In this document: positions 56,921 to 64,000 of the stretch, piece by piece
How positions within the stretch are numbered: the first letter of the stretch is position 1
Layout: each line of letters starts with the position of its first letter
Assembly: GCA_963842215.1 (NCBI GenBank)
Contig: CAWJFQ010000005.1
Location: 841-64,840, forward strand
Direction: 5' to 3'
DNA length: 64,000 nt
Source of the DNA: an uncultured delta proteobacterium
GTDB lineage: Bacteria; Desulfobacterota; Binatia; Binatales; Binataceae
The notes under the pieces: generated by a model
Told to the model about the DNA's origin: nothing
Database searches by the model: none
What the model saw: the letters and a program-made list of their open reading frames with translations, nothing else
Program-made: the position numbers and the translations under genes

Positions 56921-58408
56921 TCAGGCCTCCGGTTTGACGGGCACGTAAACGGTGGCGTCGCCGCGGCGAATCAGGAGCAGCACGCTCTTGCCCTTGGCGC
57001 TCGCCTTGACCGCATTCTGGTACGCATCGACATTCTTGACCGCCGCGCGATTGACCTCGATGATCACGTCGCGCGCGCGCAGACCTGCTTCGTCGGCGCG
57101 GCTGCCCGGCTCAACCGACGCGATCACGACTCCGGCGGGTGCGTCGAGGCCAAGCTCCTTGGCGAGGTCGGGACTCAAATCTTTTACTCTAAGGCCGAAA
57201 CGCGACACCGCGCCGAGGTCGGGCTTTTGCGTCTTTTGTTCAGCTGCCACGATTTCAGGCTCGTGCGACTGCGTGATGGTGACCGGCAGCTCGATCTCCT
57301 GCTTGTCGCGAATCACCTTGAGCACGCCCTTGTGGCCAAGGTCGGTGCGACCGACTAGTAGCGGCAATTCGCGCGAGTCGTCGACCGGTTGATTGTCGAA
57401 TGCGACGATCACATCGCCGCGCTTGACGCCCGCCGCCTTGGCCGGCCCGTCGTCCAGCACCTTTGCCACCAGCGCGCCGCGTGAATCCGCAAGCCCGAGC
57501 GACTCGGCCAGCTCAGGCGTCACCTTCTGGATGTACACGCCGAGCCATCCGCGCACGACTTTGCCCGAGCTCTTGAGCTGCGGCAGCTCTTCCTTGACCA
57601 GGTCGATAGGTACCGCAAAGCCGATTCCCATGCTTGAGCCGGTGTGTGTGTAGATCGCGCAATTGACGCCGATCACATTGCCGCGCAGATCAATCAGCGG
57701 TCCGCCCGAGTTGCCGGGATTTATCGACGCGTCAGTCTGAATGAAGTCCTCATAGCTGCCCGGGATGAACCGTCCCTTGGCGCTGACGATTCCGGCGGTC
57801 ACCGAGTGATCGAAGCCGAACGGATTGCCGATCGCCATCACCCATTCGCCCACCTTCAAGTCCTCGGAGTTGCCCAGCGGCGCCACCGCCAGATCGTGCT
57901 TCACATCGATCTTCAGCAGCGCGATGTCGCTCTTCTCGTCATGGCCGATAACCTTGGCGGTGTAGTTGTGCCCGTCCTGCAAAGTCACCGTCACTGCGCC
58001 CGGACTATCGACCACGTGCTCGTTGGTCAGGATGTAGCCATCCTTCGTGATGATGAAGCCGGAGCCAAGCGCCTTTGAGCGCGGCGACTCCTCGAAGTGC
58101 GGATCGAGCGGACCTCCATGTGGGTCTTCGGGCGACGGCTCCGCACCTTCGATAGGCTCGTCGGGTTCGTCGGTCGAGATATTCACGACGGCGGGACTGA
58201 GCTTGGCCGCCAGCTCGACGAAGTCCGGCATTGACTGCGCTTTGGGAGCATGCGCCGGGTCTGCGAGCTCGGTCCAGAAGTGCGCGGGCGCAGGCGGCGG
58301 GGCAGAATCTGCTGCGCGCGCGCCGCTTCCAGAGGCAACCAGGGCGAAGGTCGCGGCAAAACTCGCGACGCCAAGTGAGACAACGGGTCGAAACAACTTA
58401 TTCGTCAT
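56921..58408 (-). CDS. degP: Do/DegP/HtrA family serine protease with two PDZ domains
   Basis: GSGFIITKDGYILTNEHVV, DIALLKI, GNSGGPL catalytic triad regions and two PDZ-like segments. Confidence 0.9.
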   Translation of the reverse strand: MTNKLFRPVVSLGVASFAATFALVASGSGARAADSAPPPAPAHFWTELADPAHAPKAQSMPDFVELAAKLSPAVVNISTDEPDEPIEGAEPSPEDPHGGPLDPHFEESPRSKALGSGFIITKDGYILTNEHVVDSPGAVTVTLQDGHNYTAKVIGHDEKSDIALLKIDVKHDLAVAPLGNSEDLKVGEWVMAIGNPFGFDHSVTAGIVSAKGRFIPGSYEDFIQTDASINPGNSGGPLIDLRGNVIGVNCAIYTHTGSSMGIGFAVPIDLVKEELPQLKSSGKVVRGWLGVYIQKVTPELAESLGLADSRGALVAKVLDDGPAKAAGVKRGDVIVAFDNQPVDDSRELPLLVGRTDLGHKGVLKVIRDKQEIELPVTITQSHEPEIVAAEQKTQKPDLGAVSRFGLRVKDLSPDLAKELGLDAPAGVVIASVEPGSRADEAGLRARDVIIEVNRAAVKNVDAYQNAVKASAKGKSVLLLIRRGDATVYVPVKPEA

Positions 58409-58432
58409 GTGTGATTATGCGAAGAACGCCGC

Positions 58433-58906
58433 TCAACGGCCCGGCTGTCTCGCCAATTCAACGTACTTCATTTGCAGAGAGGAAAGAATCTCTGTGAGCA
58501 TCGCTTGTTCCTGAGAGTCGAGATTACCGCGGGTCTTGTCGCGCAACATTATAATGATATCGATCATCTGCTGTGCGAGCAGCAGGTCGCGGTTCACCTT
58601 CCCGCTTCCCGGGTCGGGCAACTCACCCAATGCGGCCAGCGCTTGCTCCGACAGACTCCACAGAAACGCCGCGAACGTCAGCTCGGGCGGCGGCTCACTC
58701 GGGTGGCGGCCCGGCGTGGGCTGCGCGGCGCCGGCTTGCGGCTGGGCGGCGTTCGTCTCAGGCGAGGATGAGGCAGGCCTGGATTTTATGTCGAGCGGCT
58801 CGCTGCTCTCCGGTGGCGCGTCGCCACCCTCCTTGGCCTCGCCTTCAGAGGAAAATCGCCGGCGATCCTGAACTTTGAACCCGCGCTTTTCTTCGGAGTC
58901 TTCCAT
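58433..58906 (-). CDS. DUF1844 domain protein
   Basis: FKVQDRRRF N-terminus and LTFAAFLWSLSEQALAALGE core, typical of DUF1844. Confidence 0.7.
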   Translation of the reverse strand: MEDSEEKRGFKVQDRRRFSSEGEAKEGGDAPPESSEPLDIKSRPASSSPETNAAQPQAGAAQPTPGRHPSEPPPELTFAAFLWSLSEQALAALGELPDPGSGKVNRDLLLAQQMIDIIIMLRDKTRGNLDSQEQAMLTEILSSLQMKYVELARQPGR

Positions 58907-58919
58907 CGACTTGTCCCTG

Positions 58920-59777
58920 TCAGCTTTGTCCAGTCTGCCCGGACGCCATTTGCTCGAGCCGGTGGATCCGTTCCTCGATCGGCGGATGGGTCGAGAAGAG
59001 CCGTGAGATTCCCGCCGCGCTCAGCGGATTCACGATGAACAGATGGGCCGTCGCTGGACTGGCATCCAGCGGCATCCGCTCGTTGGCGGCCTCGAGCTTG
59101 CGCAGCGCGCTGGCGAGGTACAGGGGATTGTGGGTCAACTTCGCGCCACTGGCGTCGGCCTGGTACTCGCGGGTACGCGAAATCGCAAGCTGAATGAGCG
59201 TCGCAGCGATCGGCGCGAGAATGCCCGCGACCAACAATCCCGCGATGCCGCCTTCCTCGTCGTCGCGATTGCCAAGTCCAAAAATCGCGCCCCAACGAAT
59301 CATAGTGCCGATCATCATCACCGCGCCCGCAAGCGTGGCGGCGATCGAGCTGGTCAGAATGTCGTGATTGGTGACGTGCGAGAGTTCATGGCCGATGACG
59401 CCCTTCAACTCTTCGCGCGTGCAGATTCGCATGATGCCCCGCGTCACGGCTACGGCCGCATGATGCACGTTACGGCCGGTCGCAAACGCGTTCGGCGTGT
59501 CGGAATCGATAAGGTACAGCCGAGGCATCGGGATTCCGGCCGAATGCGCCAGCTCGTTGACGATCGAGTAGAGCTCCGGCGCCGACGACGCGTCGAGTTC
59601 CTGCGCACCGTAGGCCTTCAGCACGATCTTGTCGGAGAACCAGTAGCTGAAGAAATTCATCGCCGCGGCGATGAAGAAAAAAATCACAACGCCGTGCGAG
59701 CCTCCGATGAGCCCGCCGATAACCATCAACAGCCCCGTCATCAGACCCAGCAGCAGCGTCGTCTTGAAGAAGCTCAT
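58920..59777 (-). CDS. htpX: zinc metalloprotease HtpX (M48)
   Basis: ORF to 59963. The Met at 59777 gives [20 protein letters not shown] zinc motif ([12 protein letters not shown]) and C-terminal [10 protein letters not shown]. Confidence 0.9.
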   Translation of the reverse strand: MSFFKTTLLLGLMTGLLMVIGGLIGGSHGVVIFFFIAAAMNFFSYWFSDKIVLKAYGAQELDASSAPELYSIVNELAHSAGIPMPRLYLIDSDTPNAFATGRNVHHAAVAVTRGIMRICTREELKGVIGHELSHVTNHDILTSSIAATLAGAVMMIGTMIRWGAIFGLGNRDDEEGGIAGLLVAGILAPIAATLIQLAISRTREYQADASGAKLTHNPLYLASALRKLEAANERMPLDASPATAHLFIVNPLSAAGISRLFSTHPPIEERIHRLEQMASGQTGQS

Positions 59778-59833
59778 AGCCCCTCGCTCGCGCGACTTAC
59801 GGATGTTGTCCGATGATACATGCGACCTACAGT

Positions 59834-60808
59834 CTAATGATTTTGTCGTGACGCTACAAATTTCGACAAAATGCCGGCAACTTCGCGCACCTCCACAGTA
59901 TCGATCGGAATGCCCCTGACAACGGCGATTTCGCCACCCCCCTCTGGCGCAATGGGACGCCATCGCGCGGGGTCGGTAGGCCCGAAAATCGCCACGCCGG
60001 ACGCGCCGACCGCGGCCGCGAGATGCGAAACGCCCGAGTCATTGCCGACGAATGCCGATGCGACGCGCGCGATTGCCGCCACAGTCGGCAAATCGAGTTG
60101 CTTAAGGATGGGAACTCCGGCTGCGCAAAAGACAGGTTCCAACGACATCTCGGCAGGTCCCACGATGACCGCGACGCTCGCACGCTCTGATAGTTCTGAC
60201 GCCAGCGCGACGAATTTATTCGCCGGCCAGTTCTTGCCAGGACTGCCGCTGCCCGGAAGTATAACGAGCAGATTCGAGGTGCCGCATTTCGATTGCACCA
60301 GCGCGCTGGTTGCCCCTGCAAGGTCATCGGGCGTCGGCTCGAGCCGTCGATTCACCGGTGCAGTGGCATCGTCAACATCAAGCTCAGTCTCAATCGACCG
60401 CAAGTACGCCGTCGAGATGTGAGCATCTCCACCCGGCCGGAACGGATGAAACGATACGTGGGCATCAGTCGCCGCAGACAGTCGCGCGCGATAACGCGGG
60501 TCGTCCGAGGCGAAGAACGAGTAGATACGATCGAAGTCTCCGAACAATCGGCGCGCGATGCCGGCGGTGTCATCAGTGAACAACGCGCCGACCTCGCGGG
60601 CGTCAATCGAATGCGCTCGCGTGACGACGGTTCTTCCCGCGGCAAGCTGAGCCAGCTCCATGCGCGCCATCAGCTCGATCGAGCCGCCAGGATGGTTGCG
60701 TGCGATCGCCGCCAACGATGGCATCAGGCACATAAGATCGCCAAGAGCGCCCGGAAAAATGACCAGCACGCGGCCAACCGCGCGCGGATTGGTCTCTCGG
60801 GGTGGCAT
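59834..60808 (-). CDS. glycosyltransferase family 9 (heptosyltransferase-like)
   Basis: ORF to 60880, likely start [20 protein letters not shown] and [14 protein letters not shown] motifs. Confidence 0.8.
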   Translation of the reverse strand: MPPRETNPRAVGRVLVIFPGALGDLMCLMPSLAAIARNHPGGSIELMARMELAQLAAGRTVVTRAHSIDAREVGALFTDDTAGIARRLFGDFDRIYSFFASDDPRYRARLSAATDAHVSFHPFRPGGDAHISTAYLRSIETELDVDDATAPVNRRLEPTPDDLAGATSALVQSKCGTSNLLVILPGSGSPGKNWPANKFVALASELSERASVAVIVGPAEMSLEPVFCAAGVPILKQLDLPTVAAIARVASAFVGNDSGVSHLAAAVGASGVAIFGPTDPARWRPIAPEGGGEIAVVRGIPIDTVEVREVAGILSKFVASRQNH

Positions 60809-60897
60809 GGTCAGCTTTATAGCCCACCCATTAAGGGTTATGAATTCTCCTGCATACGAGCGAGTTGCCCGAGTGGGCATTCGAAGGAGACAACGCT

Positions 60898-61872
60898 ATG
60901 AGCGCGACGCCCGGAAAGTGGAGTTACACCAAGGGACTGCATGAGTTGGGCAACGGTTGTTATGCGTACCTGCAGCCCGATGGCTCGTGGGGATGGAGCA
61001 ACGCGGGGCTGGTCGTCGACGGCGACCAATCGCTGTTGGTCGACACGCTGTTCGATCTGAAACTGACGCGCGAAATGCTCGAGGTAATGCGCCGCGCACA
61101 GCCTCGCCCTGCCGCGCGCATTGGAACGCTGGTCAACACGCACTCTAACGGCGACCATTGTTTTGGCAACGAACTGGTCGAGGGCGCCGAGATAATCGCG
61201 TCCAAAGCCTGCGCTGAGGAGATGCGCCACGATGGCGGCGCGGGCCGCCTCGCGGACTTCAAGCGCAACGCCGCCGCAATGGGCGACGCGGGGACTTTCT
61301 TCGCGGAGATCTTCGCTCCCTTCGATTTCGACGGCATCAACGTCACGATGCCAACGCTGACCTTCGAGCGCGAGCTTACGCGCCGCGTCGGCGACAAGAT
61401 CGTCCGACTCATCGAGGTAGGTCCCGCGCATACGGCAGGCGACGTGCTCGCCTACGTTCCCGCCGATCGCGTCATCTATACGGGCGACATCCTGTTCATC
61501 GACGGGCATCCGATAATCTGGGCCGGCCCGGTTCAAAACTGGATCAACGCGTGTCAGCTCATGCTCGATCTCGAGGTCGACACTATTGTGCCCGGCCACG
61601 GTCCGATAACCGACAAGCGCGGCGTCGCTGCGCTGAAGGGATACCTGGAATACATCGCGCGCGAGGCGCGCAAGCGCTACGACGCGGGGATGCCAATCGC
61701 AGAAGCGGCGCAGGACATCTCGCTGGCCGACTATGCGTCGTGGGGCGACGCGGAGCGAATCGCAGTGAACGTCGGCACGCTCTACGGCGAGTTCTCAGGC
61801 GGCAAGACGACGGCCAGCGCTGCGGAACTGTTTGGGCTGATGGGCCGATTGCATCGCGATCGCAGGAAGTGA
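60898..61872 (+). CDS. MBL-fold metallo-hydrolase
   Basis: ORF from 60865, Met at 60898. NTHSNGDHCFGN metal motif, later PAHTAGD and VPGHG. Confidence 0.8.
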   Translation: MSATPGKWSYTKGLHELGNGCYAYLQPDGSWGWSNAGLVVDGDQSLLVDTLFDLKLTREMLEVMRRAQPRPAARIGTLVNTHSNGDHCFGNELVEGAEIIASKACAEEMRHDGGAGRLADFKRNAAAMGDAGTFFAEIFAPFDFDGINVTMPTLTFERELTRRVGDKIVRLIEVGPAHTAGDVLAYVPADRVIYTGDILFIDGHPIIWAGPVQNWINACQLMLDLEVDTIVPGHGPITDKRGVAALKGYLEYIAREARKRYDAGMPIAEAAQDISLADYASWGDAERIAVNVGTLYGEFSGGKTTASAAELFGLMGRLHRDRRK

Positions 61873-61950
61873 CGGCGCGGATGGCGGTACTTATCATGCA
61901 CGATTGTGGACAGTCGCAACCGGCCATATTTTCCGGCTAGAATCGCCCCC

Positions 61951-62886
61951 ATGCCTATCAGCGTTGCACAGTCGCCCCTTGAGCTTATTGGCAACACGCC
62001 GGTCGTGCGGCTCAATCGTATCCCCGGCAAAGACGACGCCGAAATATGGGCCAAGCTCGAGAACTTCAATCCCGGCGGCAGCGTCAAGGACCGAATCTGC
62101 CTGGCGATGGTCGAGGCGGCTGAGAAGTCCGGCCGGCTCAAGCCGGGTGACACTATTGTCGAGCCTACCTCCGGCAACACTGGTATCGGACTGGCGCTGG
62201 TCGCCGCCGTCAAGGGTTACAAGCTGATTCTCACGATGCCCGACACGATGAGCGAGGAGCGTCGCTCGTTGCTGGTCGCTTACGGCGCGAAGCTGGTGCT
62301 GACGCCGGATACACGCGGGATGCATGGCGCGATCGCGAAGGCCGAGGAACTGTGCCGCGAAAATCCCGGTTACTTCATGCCGCAGCAATTCAGCAACTCG
62401 GCCAATCCCGAAGTCCATTACAGCAGCACCGGACCTGAGCTGCTCGAGCAGTTCGCGCGCATCGACGCGTTCATCTCGGGCGTCGGCACGGGCGGTACGA
62501 TCACTGGCGCCGGCCACTATTTGCGCGAGCATCTCGACAAGAAAGTGCTGATCGTTGCGGTCGAGCCGAAAAACTCGCCGGTGCTGTCAGGCGGTGAGCC
62601 GGGCTTTCACAAGATCCAGGGAATCGGCGCCGGGTTCGTGCCGAGCAATCTCGATACCAAGGTTTACGATGAGATAATCGCCGTCAGCGACGAGGATGCG
62701 ACCCTGTTCTCGCGCCGCCTGGCGCGCGAGGAGGGCATCCTGGTCGGCATTTCGTCGGGTGCGAACTGCTGCGCGGCTTTGCAGATAGCCAAGCGGCTGG
62801 GCAAGGGCAACATCGTGGTCGTGGTCTTCTGCGATACCGGCGAGCGATATCTGACGACCGATCTTTTTCAGGCTGAGGGTATCTGA
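61951..62886 (+). CDS. cysK: cysteine synthase A (O-acetylserine sulfhydrylase)
   Basis: ORF from 61906, Met at 61951. [14 protein letters not shown] (PLP lysine), [18 protein letters not shown]. Confidence 0.9.
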   Translation: MPISVAQSPLELIGNTPVVRLNRIPGKDDAEIWAKLENFNPGGSVKDRICLAMVEAAEKSGRLKPGDTIVEPTSGNTGIGLALVAAVKGYKLILTMPDTMSEERRSLLVAYGAKLVLTPDTRGMHGAIAKAEELCRENPGYFMPQQFSNSANPEVHYSSTGPELLEQFARIDAFISGVGTGGTITGAGHYLREHLDKKVLIVAVEPKNSPVLSGGEPGFHKIQGIGAGFVPSNLDTKVYDEIIAVSDEDATLFSRRLAREEGILVGISSGANCCAALQIAKRLGKGNIVVVVFCDTGERYLTTDLFQAEGI

Positions 62887-62900
62887 CGCAGTCTGATTCG

Positions 62901-63764
62901 ATGGACTTGACGCTGAAAGCCAAGCTGGACCGGATGCGCGCGATACTTGCGCCGATGCGCAATCTTATCGTGGCGTTTTCCGGCGGCGTCGATTCGACCT
63001 TCGTGCTGAAAGTCGCGCACGAGGTGCTGGGCGATTCGGTACTCGCGCTGACCACTACTTCGCCCACCATGCCTGACGAGGATCGCGAATCGGCGCTGGC
63101 GATGGCGCGACTGATCGGTGCGCGTCACCTGCTGGTCGAATCCAATGAGCTCGAGATCCCCGGCTACTCGGCCAATCCGCTCAATCGATGCTACCTGTGC
63201 AAGCACAACCTGTTCACGGTGTGCGAGGCCAAGGCTGCAGAGCTTGGAATCGACACGATAGTGGACGGGCTCAACCTCGACGACCTGCACGACTATCGTC
63301 CCGGGATGCAGGCGGCGAGCGAGAAGAGCGTGCGCCATCCGCTGGTCGAAGCCGAGATGACCAAGGCCGATATTCGCGAGCTCTCGCGCTCGATGGGATT
63401 GCCGACCTGGGATCGGCCGGCGTCGCCGTGCCTGTCGTCGCGCTTTCCATACGGCACCGAGATAACGCCCGAGGGCTTAAAAAAAGTCGCGGCGGGTGAG
63501 CAACTGCTTCATTCGATGGGCTTCGTAGTCGCGCGCGTGCGCTACCATGGCGAGGTCGCGCGGCTCGAGCTGGAGCAAAACGAGATCGCCCGAATCTTCG
63601 AGCCGGCAAATCGCGAGATGATCGATCGCGAGTTCAAGAAAATCGGGTTTAGATTCGTTGCGATCGATCTGAAGGGCTTCCGCTCGGGCTCGTTGAACGA
63701 AGGACTGATTGCGAATGCAGTAGCGCCGGCGAATCCTATCGGCCCGCCGCGCAATCAAGTCTAA
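62901..63764 (+). CDS. larE: LarE-like PP-loop ATP-dependent sulfur transferase (TIGR00268-type)
   Basis: PP-loop VAFSGGVDST. Cys residues in NRCYLCK and PASPCLSSRFPYG. Confidence 0.8.
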   Translation: MDLTLKAKLDRMRAILAPMRNLIVAFSGGVDSTFVLKVAHEVLGDSVLALTTTSPTMPDEDRESALAMARLIGARHLLVESNELEIPGYSANPLNRCYLCKHNLFTVCEAKAAELGIDTIVDGLNLDDLHDYRPGMQAASEKSVRHPLVEAEMTKADIRELSRSMGLPTWDRPASPCLSSRFPYGTEITPEGLKKVAAGEQLLHSMGFVVARVRYHGEVARLELEQNEIARIFEPANREMIDREFKKIGFRFVAIDLKGFRSGSLNEGLIANAVAPANPIGPPRNQV

Positions 63765-63768
63765 CCTT

Positions 63769-64000
63769 ATGGCCGACCGCCTTATCGTCGATTCTGAGCG
63801 GCGAGGCGACATTGGCTCTATCCGTTCCCGCGTGCTACGAAGCGCCGACGACAGGCTGAACAATCCCGGCAGCGGCCTCGCGAGTGCGGCCGTCGCCGCG
63901 GTCGCCTCTGCGCTGCTGTTCGAACTTTCTGCCGCCGAGCCGCGGCTATGGCCGTGCGCGCTATTGGCGCCGCTGCCAATTCTGGCCACCGCGCCCGAAA
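63769..64000 (+). CDS. 5' part of an ORF running off the window (membrane protein; Lnt / carbon-nitrogen hydrolase-like N-terminus is only a guess)
   Basis: ATG at 63769, 77 codons open to the window edge with GC-rich third positions. Hydrophobic AAVAAVASALLF...LWPCALLAPLPILA. Not in the ORF track because no stop is seen. Confidence 0.35.
   Translation, partial: MADRLIVDSERRGDIGSIRSRVLRSADDRLNNPGSGLASAAVAAVASALLFELSAAEPRLWPCALLAPLPILATAPE

Overview
High-GC chromosomal segment of a diderm bacterium; hand-counted 60-nt lines in housekeeping genes give about 65-67 % G+C. It is densely coded and mostly housekeeping. No searches were possible, so every family call rests on motifs read from the translations. 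Main blocks: (a) tolQ-tolR-tolA-like-tolB-pal-cpoB followed by ribF; (b) gap, then pgk-tpiA-secG-tRNA-Leu(GAG); (c) a long minus-strand block of M20 peptidase-yjbQ-pilD-tmk-holB-PSP1-(acetate channel)-metG-[insert]-tatD; (d) mutM-rsmA-tsaD; (e) envelope genes (PBP1A, DegP/HtrA, DUF1844, HtpX, GT9); (f) cysK-larE. I saw no rRNA, CRISPR array, transposase or integrase. Most interesting observations: (1) a ~3.5 kb AT-richer cassette with one large single-chain restriction-modification-like gene sits exactly in the ancestral metG-stop/tatD-start overlap. It is bounded by a perfect 14-bp direct repeat that preserves a ghost tatD start codon. (2) That gene is split by a one-base frameshift, and mutM carries a similar one-base frameshift. 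(3) An ECF sigma factor is coupled to a circularly permuted, HTH-less Ada-like protein (MGMT domain followed by the N-Ada Cys4 zinc motif). (4) Three tandem paralogous glycine-zipper lipoproteins carry Gln-rich coiled-coil tails. (5) Two families of intergenic hairpin repeats are present.
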